This document shows, piece after piece, positions 13,058-23,600 of a stretch of 64,000 nt of DNA (the stretch's first letter is position 1; every line of letters starts with the position of its first letter). The stretch comes from Macrostomum lignano (Eukaryota), in contig NIVC01001326.1 in NCBI GenBank assembly GCA_002269645.1, forward strand, positions 105,792 through 169,791. The letters run 5' to 3'. The position numbers and the translations under genes are program-made. Below the pieces are notes generated by a model that worked only from the letters and a program-made list of their open reading frames with translations, was not told the DNA's origin and made no database searches.

Positions 13058-14482
13058 AGCCCCTGCCGCCGTCAATCCCGCAGCCGGAGGTCACGGCACC
13101 GCGCCAGTCAGCCTGGGCCGGTCGTGACGTGGCCCTGCTGCTGCTGACTGGTGAGAGCTACGGCCACCTGGCCAGCCGGCACCTGGCAGACCAGTTGCTA
13201 GGCAACGGGCTGCTAGGCGGCCGCGGCGAGCCGGCAGCCGTGAAGGCGGATCACGTGCACAGCATCGTGGAGCTGGGACCGCTGAGTCAGGCTGGTGGCA
13301 ACCTGAGCAGCTTCAAAGACAACGAAAGTCCGCCCGCCTGGTCGGCTCTAAGCATCCTTCGCCCAGCAACAAAGCGACCCGGCTTGTTGCTAACCAGTTT
13401 CCATGGAAACCAGTCAGCAGCTTTTAAATCGTCGCTAATCGAAGCGTCTCAAACGCTGCTCAGAATGTCGGTCGGCTTCCTGCTCTCCGGCCAGGTCGGC
13501 TCTTCAAACATCTCCCAGCCCGCTGAGCTCAGCGCGGCCGCTGCTGCCCGACTGGCTGAGGCCGAGGACTGCCTGCGCCTGCGGGTCGGCCGGCGCTGCA
13601 GCGCCATCTTCGACGGCCCGGACCTCCAGCAGGGCCGGAAGGCGCTGGCCCGCAGTCTGCACCGCTGGCGCAGGGGTGTCGGCGTCGCGGCCAGTCTGGG
13701 CCCGGAAGGTCCGATCGCCAGTGCCGCCAACTCGGCGTTGAAGCAGTTGGGGCACGCCGTGGGGACGCGACTGCTGCTGAGCAGCCTGCTGCTGCGGTTC
13801 ACCCTGCGGCCGCGGCGGCCGGGGCAGCCGGACGGATGTCCGAAAATTCCTAAGGACGATAGTGCGCCGGTCAGGGGCTACTGGGTGAGTGCATAGATTA
13901 GCAATCCATCTGTGTAGATAGACTAGCAATCCATCTAAGTAGATAGACTAGCAATCCATCTAAGTAGATAGACTAGCAATCCATCTAAGTAGATAGACTA
14001 GCAATCCATCTAAGTAGATAGACTAGCAATCCATCTAAGTAGATAGACTAGCAATCCATCCAGAGGCAGACTAGCAATCCACCCAGAGGCAGACTGGCAA
14101 TCCACCCAGAGGCAGACTGGCAATCCACCCAGAGGCAGACTGGCAATCCACCCAGAGGCAGACTGGCTTTATTACCCCTTTCCAACAGGTGCTGCTAAAC
14201 GGCAGCCGGCACTGCCAGTTCAGCTCTCTGGCCAGTTTCTGGCTGGGCCCGGACAATCCGGACAATGAGTCATTGCCGGACTGGTCAATGTCCGTGACGG
14301 ACAGTCAGCCCAAGCTAGTTCTGTTTGTGACCGCCTCGGCCAGGGTTCAGTGGCTCACGGCTGCCTTTGGCTTCGTGCTGGGCCTGCTGTGGACTCACCT
14401 GACCGCCGCGGCGGCTCTGCACTGGCAAGAAATGCAACAAAAAGAATCGCCGAGCCAAGAGGCCGCTCAGCTGAAGAAGTGA
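9374..14482 (+). CDS. NCSTN: Nicastrin (gamma-secretase subunit), divergent, ~665 aa
   Basis: Exons are 9374-9412 (signal peptide MHYLTYFLMLHLL|gtaaga), 11398-11841, 12018-12413, 13060-13884 and 14189-14482, all phase 0. Motifs are collinear with human nicastrin: YCVQM..IGCQS, RCRRR..LCDSL, VARLDQFSVF, LLLTGESYGHLAS (human FFQGETFDYIGS), SIVELG, and a C-terminal W..S...LFVTAS followed by a TM helix. Exon 1 is the least certain. Confidence 0.88.
9575..11310. mobile_element. Non-autonomous hAT-type DNA transposon in nicastrin intron 1 (about 744 bp once the nested LTR is removed)
   Basis: There is a perfect 8-bp TSD CCGCCAGG (9567-9574 and 11311-11318). Both termini read TAGGGGT inward, with subterminal AATCCCG/GGGATCCCGGGAT motifs. 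An 8-bp TSD is characteristic of hAT elements. No transposase is present. Confidence 0.8.
9670..10657 (-). mobile_element. Solo LTR (988 bp) nested in the hAT element
   Basis: It has TGT...ACA termini and a 4-bp TSD CTAT (9666-9669 and 10658-10661). A minus-strand TATA (CTATAAATAG, ~10099-10108) and a duplicated ~42-bp enhancer-like segment are present. No internal gag/pol. Confidence 0.75.
12425..13057. repeat. 8-bp CCCAGTGT/CCCATTGT array followed by a (CTGT)n microsatellite
   Basis: It fills nicastrin intron 3. Confidence 0.95.
13895..14165. repeat. ~24-bp array with a GA(C/T)TAGCAATCC core that changes variant stepwise along its length
   Basis: Nicastrin intron 4: TAAGTAGATAGACTAGCAATCCATC grades into CCAGAGGCAGACTGGCAATCCAC. 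Confidence 0.92.
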
Positions 14483-14589
14483 TTTACACTAAAGTTTACG
14501 ATGTATTGCTTCGATTTCAACTAATAACAATGACTTATTACTATTGATTAGCAATACGCACATAGCAATACACCGTAAATATAGATTAG

Positions 14590-15330
14590 CAATTCACTAT
14601 GGAGATACTCGTAGGATTAGCAATCCGCTATAGGAATAGATTAGCAATCCACAACAGGAATAGATTAGCAGTCCACTATAGGAATAGATTAGCAATCCAC
14701 TATAGGAATAGATTAGCAATCCACTATAGAAATAGATTAGCAATCCACTATAGGGAATAGATTAGCAGTCCACTATAGGAATAGATTAGCAATCCACTAT
14801 AGAAATAGATTAGCAATCCACTATAGGAATAGATTAGCAATCCACTATAGGGAATAGATTAGCAATCCACTATAGGGAATAGATTAGCAGTCCACTATAG
14901 GAATAGATTAGCAATCCACTATAGGAATAGATTAGCAATCCACTATAGAAATAGATTAGCAATCCACTATAGGGAATAGATTAGCAGTCCACTATAGAAA
15001 TAGATTAGCAATCCACTATAGGGAATAGATTAGCAGTCCACTATAGAAATAGATTAGCAATCCACTATAGGGAATAGATTAGCAGTCCACTATAGGAATA
15101 GATTAGCAATCCACTATAGGAATAGATTAGCAATCCACTATAGGAATAGATTAGCAATCCACTATAGGAATAGATTAGCAGTCCACTATAGGGAATAGAT
15201 TAGCAATCCACTATAGGGAATAGATTAGCAATCCACTATAGGAATAGATTAGCAACCCACTATAGGAATAGATTAGCAATCCACTATAGGAATAGATTAG
15301 CAATCCACTATAGGAATAGATTAGCAATCT
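14590..15330. repeat. 24/25-bp array (ATAGGAATAGATTAGCAATCCACT), ~30 copies
   Basis: It lies downstream of the nicastrin stop codon. Confidence 0.95.
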
Positions 15331-15929
15331 ATTCCACGACCACGACCACACCACACCAATATCCACGACCACAGTGAATATAGATTAGCATTCCACCGGG
15401 GAGATGCTTATGGAGCTGGATCGGGTGTAAAAATAAAGCAAAGAAGAAGACTGACTTAACCACCTAGACGAAGGCTCGATTTATTAAGTAACAGAATGTA
15501 CTTTTAGCTTCGTACTATGGCTACTACTATTGTTTATTAACATTATTTAGTTGAGAATCTAGTACGGTAATGGAAACTGGTAATTGGCTAGCTGATATAA
15601 TAATTATATAAATATGGTTTCAATTTAAACAAATAATGATCAAACGCTGTTTACGTTGCATTCGAAAATGAATTAGAGTCATTATACTTCGAGAAAATGC
15701 TAAATCCAGGATTACAGTAAAAATGCAGCTAGTTAGTCGGGCGCAAACCATGTCAGTCAGATGAGTACGAGTTGCCGTCAGCTTCTCCTGAAATATTGAG
15801 TAATAAATTATGACTTGGAAACATTTGAGTCATGTAAATATTTGGTAAAGTAGAAGTAGAAGTAGCCCTGACTCTATTCCACAGGCTGCCTTGGGGTTGG
15901 AAGAGGGGAAATCAATATAGCTTGAATGA

Positions 15930-16859
15930 AATATTCCTTTTTGCGGCCTAGTTGGTACTGCAAGCTTTCAGTTTAATCATAGATACGGAAATCAGGCTTG
16001 CGAGACTGAAAATTTTCTGTCTATGGTCAACACTCGCTCTGGCATAGCGGAGTTCAATTTAATCATGGGGCATCAATTTGATCATTCTATGCATTCAATG
16101 CACATTTTTACAGTTAGCGAAACCTGTTTTTAACTTGTTTTTACATCATATGATCTTCGGAGAGACTATGACGGCAGTTAGGTTCCAGACGTTCATCAAT
16201 GATCTGGTGCAAAGCGTGACGAGTCGTGGTGATGTACCTGATGGCGAGGAGTCTGTGTGATCATGGATGGAGCCCGTTTTCATCATGGAGTGACAATCCC
16301 AGATCAATTTCAGCCCGTTTGGCGCCTGGTGACATTGCCTCCTTACTTGCCATTCCTCAATCCTGTGGAAAACGCGCACGCCTGCCTGAAGGCAGCCATC
16401 AAACGCCAGCTGGCTCAACCACAACTGCAAGAAGAGCTGGACACTCCGCCTGATGGTCATTCGCTACGAGAGTGGCGAATCCTTGTCCTACAGAGGGTTG
16501 CAGAGGACGCAACCCGTGAAGTGACCGTTGCCAAATGCGGAGGCTGGTACCGGCAGATGCTGAGGTTTATTCCAGCCTGACTCGACTACATCCGACGCTA
16601 AAGCTTTTATTTGTTTATTGTGTTGTTCTGTTTTAGATTTTCTCAATGATAAGTAAACGACTTGTGTTACAGCACTGGATATCTAACGTTATATGCATGA
16701 TTAGAATGATCAAATTGATGCCCCCAGGATTAAATTGAACTCCGCTATGCCAGCGAGTGTCGACCATAGACAGAAAATTTTCAGTCTCGCAAGCCTGATT
16801 TCCGTATCTATGATTGAATTAAAAGCTTGCAGCACCAGCTAGGCCGCAAAAGGAATATT
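15930..16859 (+). mobile_element. Internally deleted IS630/Tc1/mariner-superfamily transposon with ~160-bp TIRs
   Basis: Inverted repeats lie at 15930-16089 and 16702-16859. The element interrupts a 134-bp tandem array. No clear TA TSD is visible. Confidence 0.8.
16140..16580 (+). pseudogene. DDE_3-type (IS630/Tc1) transposase fragment with a frameshift
   Basis: The fragment reads HHMIFGETMTAVRFQTFINDLV...ESV, then shifts frame near 16257 into IMDGARFHH...LPPYLPFLNPVENAHACLK, the second-D to E catalytic segment. The N-terminal part is missing. Confidence 0.8.
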
Positions 16860-16869
16860 AGTATGTACA

Positions 16870-17360
16870 CCCATCGACAACCACCCTATGCCCTCTCTGC
16901 GCTTCCTTCCTCTCTAGAGTTAATTCTGACTGGCTGGGCGCAGAGCAGACAAAAAGAAATTTAATGGACTGGGGGAGGGAAAGCAGTATAGCTTGAATGT
17001 ACATTTATTGACAACCACCCCACGCCCTCTCTGCGCTTCCTTCCTCTCTAGAGTTAATTCTGACTGGCTGGGCGCAGAGCAGACAAAAAGAAATTTAATG
17101 GACTGGGGGAGGGAAAGCAGTATAGCTTGAATGTACATTTATTGACAACCACCCCACGCCCTCTCTGCGCTCCCTTCCCCTCTAGGGTTATTTCTGACTG
17201 GTTGGGCGCAGAACAGACAAAATGAAATTTAATGGGCTGGGGGAGGGAAAATCGATATAGCTTGAATGTACATTTATTGACAACCATCCCACACCCTCTC
17301 TGCGCTTCCTTCCTCTAGAGTTGATTTTGATTGGCTCGGCGAAGTACAGACAAAATGAAA
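16870..17360. repeat. ~134-bp tandem repeat, ~4 copies, plus a partial unit at ~15860-15928 left of the Tc1 element
   Basis: GACAACCA recurs at 16876, 17010, 17144 and 17279. Confidence 0.9.
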
Positions 17361-17684
17361 CTTAATCGCGGACTCACTCCAAAGGGAGCTGCTTAGCTCT
17401 AAAGTAACGCATTTCCTGTGGTCGTCCTAAAATTGTGGAACATTTTAATGAATAATTAATTTTGTTTGAAAAAAATACGTTTAAAAATATGTTTTAAATT
17501 CTACCCCTGGTTAGTGGATAGGGACAATATGGCAAATTTAATGCTAATCTACTTTAGCTACGAGCGTACATTAAGTTTAATTAACCTAAATAAATTTTAT
17601 TGTCAATGCATGCAAAAGTATAAATTACGATAAATCAGAAGGTTTCTATATTAAACTACTAACAGTAAGCGAAATATCTATTAT

Positions 17685-20600
17685 TCACATAGACTGGAAA
17701 AATGATAAAAAAGTGACTAATTTTGCTAGCGAACTACTAATAGTACGAGTACTATAAAACTGCAAAGCATGGCAAAAAAGGTAAAATAAACAATAATGAT
17801 ATTGCTGGCGATATGCACTGACCGGGTTAGGGCTGAGGCGGAAGCGATCTCTTCTACCGGTACCCAAGCGGCTGCAGCGGCCTCTGCCGCACCTACCGTC
17901 TCTTTGGAACCTGCTGCCGCCGCCGCCACCGACGCTTAGCTGCACCGTCTCGGCGACAAACGGCGACAACGACATCGAGCCGCTGCCCCCATCGAGTATC
18001 GAAGCTGCCCGCTGTGGTGTCGGAGTCGACGACGGCGATAGATCGTCGGGATCGGACTCCGGGATCCGGGTGAGTCGAGGAGCTCGCTGACGCATCAGTC
18101 GGCGATGGCCGCCATCGCTTCCACCGCCGCGACTTCCAAAGCCGCCGCCGACGCTGCCGCCGACGCTGCTGCCGACGCCGCCGTTGGCGTTTCGACGACC
18201 GGCTCCGGCGATGCAGCGGCTCCACAGCAGGACGGCCACCGCCAGGGAGACGGCCACCGCCGCGCAGGCCAGCATCGCCCACAGAGTTGTCATGCCGACG
18301 TCCAGCTTGTAGGAGGCGGCGGGGTCCGCTGCCGGATGGGGGAGAAAGAAGGGAGTTGAAGCTGGCGGGTGTGGCGGAATGAGGTGGGTGTCGGAGTGAG
18401 GTGGGTGTCGGACTGAGGTGGGTGTCGGACTGAGGTGGGTGTCGGACTGAGGTGGGTGTCGGACTGAGGTGGGTGTAGAAGTGAGGTTGCAGATGCAGAG
18501 CCCCCCAGGCCTTCCAGCTCACCGGAAAACAGCGCAGTGTCCAGGCTGAGCTCCGGGCAGGGCTTACTGCACTTTAGGCTGCCGCAGGCCACGGCTCTCA
18601 AATGAAGGAAAGCGACGCGACGCTCAGTCAGCAGGGCGGCCGCGTCCACCGTCAGTTCAGTGAGGGGCGCCGACACGGGCGGCAGGCTCTGCCAGCGCCG
18701 GCTGTCTGAATGGAGAGTCAGGGCAGGGCCGGTGGGAGCTCGTCGTTTACAGACTGAGAGAAAGTAAGTTTAACCGTACATCTGCCTCCACTGTCTCCCA
18801 AGTCACTCCACTGTCTCCCATGTCACTCCACTGTCTCCCATGTCTTCCATGTCACTCCACTGTCTCCCATGTCACTCCACTGTCTCCCATGTCAGTGGAG
18901 TGGAGTGAAGTGGAGTGGAGTGAAGTGGAGTGGAGTGGAGTAGAATGTCACTCCACTGTCTCTCATGTCACTCCACTGTCTCCCATGTCACTCCACTGTC
19001 TTCCATGTCACTCCACTGTCTTCCATGTCACTCCACTGTCTCTCATGTCACTCCACTGTCTCCCATGTCACTCCACTGTCTCCCATGTCAGTGGAGTGGA
19101 GTGAAGTGGAGTGGAGTGAAGTGGAGTGGAGTGAAGTGGAGTGGAGTGGAGTAGAATGTCACTCCACTGTCTCCCATGTCACTCCACTGTCTTCCATGTC
19201 ACTCCACTGTCTTCCATGTCACTCCACTGTCTCCCATGTCACTCCACTGTCCCATATCACTCCACTGTCTTCCAAGTCACTCCACTGTCTCCCATGTCAC
19301 TCCACTGTCTTCCAAGTCACTCCACTGTCTCCCATGTCACTCCACTGTCTTCCATGTCACTCCACTGTCTTCCATGTCACTCCACTGTCTTCCATGTCAC
19401 TCCACTGTCTTCCATGTCACTCCACTGTCTTCCATGTCACTCCACTGTCTCCCATGTCACTCCACTGCCTTCCATGTCACTCCACTGTCTCCCATGTCAC
19501 TCCACTGTCTTCCATGTCACTCCACTGTCTTCCATGTCACTCCACTGTCTCTCATGTTATTCCACCATCTCCCACTGTCTCTTATATCACTCCACTGTCT
19601 CTCTGTCACTCCATTGCCTCCCATGTCACTCCACTGCACCACTGTCACTCCAATGCCCCCACTGTCACTCCACTGCCTTCCCTGTCACTCCACTGTCTTC
19701 CATGTCACTCCACTGTCTCCCATGTCACTCCACTGTCTCCCATGTCACTCCACTGTCTCCCATGTCACTCCACTGTCTCCCATGTCACTCCACTGTCTCC
19801 CATGTCACTCCACTGTCTTCCATGTCACTCCACTGTCTTCCATGTCACTCCACTGTCTCCCATGTCACTCCACTGTCTCCCATGTCACTCCACTGTCTTC
19901 CATGTCACTCCACTGTCTTCCATGTCACTCCACTGTCTCCTATGTCACTCCACTGTCCCATATCACTCCACTGTCTTCCAAGTCACTCCACTGTCTCCCA
20001 TGTCACTCCACTGTCTCCCATGTCACTCCACTGTCTTCCAAGTCACTCCACTGTCTTCCATGTCACTCCACTGTCTTCCATGTCACTCCACTGTCTCCCT
20101 GTCACTCCACTGTCTTCCATGTCACTCCACTGTCTCCCATATCACTCCACTGTCTTCCAAGTCACTCCACTGTCTCCCATGTCACTCCACTGTCTTCCAT
20201 GTCACTCCACTGTCTCTCATGTCACTCCACTGTCTCTCATGTCAGTGGAGTGGAGTGAAGTGGAGTGGAGTGAAGTGGAGTGGAGTGGAGTAGAATGTCA
20301 CTCCACTGTCTCCCATGTCACTCCACTGTCTCCCATGTCACTCCACTGTCTCCCATGTCACTCTACTGTCTCCCATGTCACTCCACTGTCTTCCATGTCA
20401 CTCCACTGTCTCCCATGTCACTCCACTGTCTCCCATGTTACTCCACCATCTCCCACTGTCTCTTATATCACTCCACTGTCTCTCTGTCACTTCATTGCCT
20501 CCCATGTCACTCCACTGCACCACTGTCACTCCAATGCCCCCACTGTCACTCCACTGCCTTCCCTGTCACTCCACTGTCTTGCATGTCACTCCACTGTCTC

Positions 20601-23600
20601 CCTGTCAGTCCACTGTTTTTTTTTTTATTTATAAATAACCGGTCTTAAAAGATAGTGTGAAAGTGTACCAAGCACTCAAATTTACCTATTATAATGTCTT
20701 ATCTACAGTATAATGATTAATTATCATTTAATACAACCCAGAGATTCGACAGACATCCTGAACCGGTAGAGGTCAGACTTGCAAGGGCAATCAGACTGAT
20801 TGCTAGATCATATTTGAGCAAACAGTGTTCTGGTAGCCTCGGGATTAGATTAATAATCGTTGGCTCATATTGAGACCAGGTAGGTCCACGTGACAGGTTG
20901 GCGGCTTTGCCTGTTTAAACATCACAGATTTCAGGCCGTGTTTAGCCAGTGGACTCTGAGTCAGTGAAAGATGAGCTGCCTCCTTTGGCGTATGGAAGTT
21001 TTCTATTTATTTGATTGTGTTTGCGCCACTTTTTGAGATGGTTTTGGTTTTAGCGCCGAGATAACTGTGATAACTAGGATAACCGATAGTTTTAGCGCCA
21101 TTGAGATTGTTTCGGCGCCATTGGGATAGTATTGGCGCCATCCAAATAGTTTTGGCGCCATTGGGATAGTTTCGGCGCCATCGGATAGTTTTGGCGCCAC
21201 TGGAATAGTTTTGGCGCCATCGGATAGTTTTGGCGCCACTGGGATAGTTTTGGCGCCACTGGGATAGTTTTGGCACCACTGGAATAGTTTTGGCGCCACT
21301 GGAATAGTTTTGGCGCCACTGGAATAGTTTTGGCACCACTGGAATAGTTTTGGCGCCACTGGGATGGTTTTGGCGCCACTGGGATAGTTTTGGCGCCACT
21401 GGAATAGTTTTGGCGCCACTGGGATAGTTTTGGCGCCACTGGGATAGTTTTGGCACCACTGGAATAGTTTTGGCGCCACTGGAATAGTTTTGGCGCCACT
21501 GGAATAGTTTTGGCACCACTGGAATAGTTTTGGCGCCACTGGGATAGTTTTGGCGCCATCAGGATAGTTTTGGTGCCACTAGAATAGTTTTGGCACCACT
21601 GGAATAGTTTGGGGGCCACTGGAATAGTTTTGGCACCACTGGGATAGTTTTGGCGCCACTGGGATAGTTTTGGCGCCATCAGGATAGTTTTGGCGCCACT
21701 GGGATAGTTTTGGCGCCACTGGAATAGTTTTGGCGCCACTGGGACAGTTTTGGCGCCACTGGGATAGTTTTGGCGCCACTGGGATAGTTTTGGCGCCATT
21801 AGGATAGTTTTGGCGCCACTGGGATAGTTTTGGCGCCACTGGAATAGTTTTGGCGCCACTGGGACAGTTTTGGCGCCACTGGGATAGTTTTGGCGCCACT
21901 GGGATAGTTTTGGCGCCACTGGGATAGTTTTGGCGCCACTGGGATAGTTTTGGCGCCACTGGGATAGTTTCAGCGCCACTGTGGCAGTTTCGGCACCATG
22001 GGCATAGTTTTGGGATATTAGGTATTTGGATGGCCAATCAGACTCCCTCACCAGAGGCAAACTGCACCAGGCTGTACAACACAGGCGGCTCAGTCGAGTT
22101 GCCCATCTGCCAGCTGATTTTCACTCGGCCGCCTTTGACAATTTCAGCTGCCAACCGCACCGGCGCAGCTGGCAGATGCGGGTACAGCCCCGTGATGTCC
22201 TCCTGGGTGACGTAACTCTGGCTCAGCGGCTTCGTGGCCGCGTACCGCCTCTCGGACTCCAGGCTGCGGCCCGACTGGCACACGGCTCGAACAAAGAAGG
22301 CGTAGTGCGACTCGGGGATGAGACCGAATAGGCTGGCCTGGGAGGCACCTGGCACCGGCACCCTGCTTGCGGGGGCGGGGGGGAGGGGGACTGTTGGCGG
22401 AATCTCACTGGAATCTCACTGGAATCTAATCTAAATCTCCACTTAAATCTTAGCGGAATCTTGGTAAGAGTTTCAAAAAAATCTCTCTGGAATCTCACAG
22501 GAATCTCAAAGGAATCTCACAGAATCTCACTGGAATCTCACTGGGATCTCACTGGAATCTTACAGGAATCTAAAATTTCACTTATCTCACTGGAATCTCA
22601 AGGGAATCTCATTTTAATCACTCTGGAATCTCATTTGAATCACTCTGGAATCTCATTTGAATCACTCTGGAATCTCTCTAGAATCTTACTGGAATCTTTT
22701 TAGAATGTCACTAGAAATTCACTGTTGTCTCTTTTAAATCTCACTGTAATCTCTCTAGAATCTCACTGAAATCTCACCGGAATCTCACAGGAATCTCACA
22801 GGAATCTCACAGGGATCTCATTTGAATCTCACTGGAATCTCACTGGAATCTCACTGGAACGTCACAAGAATCTCATTTGAATGTCAATGGAATTTCATTG
22901 GAATCTCATTTGAATGTCACAGGAATCTCACAGGAATTTCATTCGAATATCACTGGAATCTCACTGGAATCTCATTTGAATCTCATTTGAATCTAACTGG
23001 AATCTCACTGGAATCTCATTTGAATCTCACTGGAATTTCATTTGAATCTTACTAGAATCTCATTCGAATCTGATTTGAATCTCACTGGAATCTCATTTGA
23101 ATCTCACTGGAATCTCATTTGAATCTCACTAGAATCTCATTCGAATCTCATTTGAATCTTACTGGAATCTCACTAGAATCTCATTCAAATCTCATTTGAA
23201 TCTCACTGGAATCTCACTAGAATCTCATTCAAATCTCATTTGAATCTCACTGGAATCTCATTGGAATCTCACTGGAACGTCACTGGATTCTCATTTGAAT
23301 CTCACTGGAATCTCATTGGAATCTCACTGGAACGTCACTGGAATCTCATTCGAATGTCATTGAATTACTCCAGAAACGCATAGAGTCGCATATAGTGTTA
23401 AAATTGCACAGGAGTTACTGAATAACTGGCATATCAGACCTGAGGGTCGCCCAGCTCTGCAGCTTGACCTGCTTGTACCAGACGGCGTAGCTCAGCTCCC
23501 GACCACCGTCGTAACCGGGCATCCAGCTGAGATGCGCGATGAACGGGTCGGTGACCACCGTCAGGTTGTACGGCGGCCTCTCTGGCCGAGCTTCTACCAG

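Noticed and set aside
17726-17929. Alternative-frame Ala-rich ORF as the turtle C-terminus
   Set aside because: I found no splice junction linking it to the upstream frame.
18820-22060. His/Cys-rich (SLHCLPCH) and WRQNY-repeat ORFs as metal-binding proteins
   Set aside because: They are 20-bp array translations open in several frames inside turtle intron 5.
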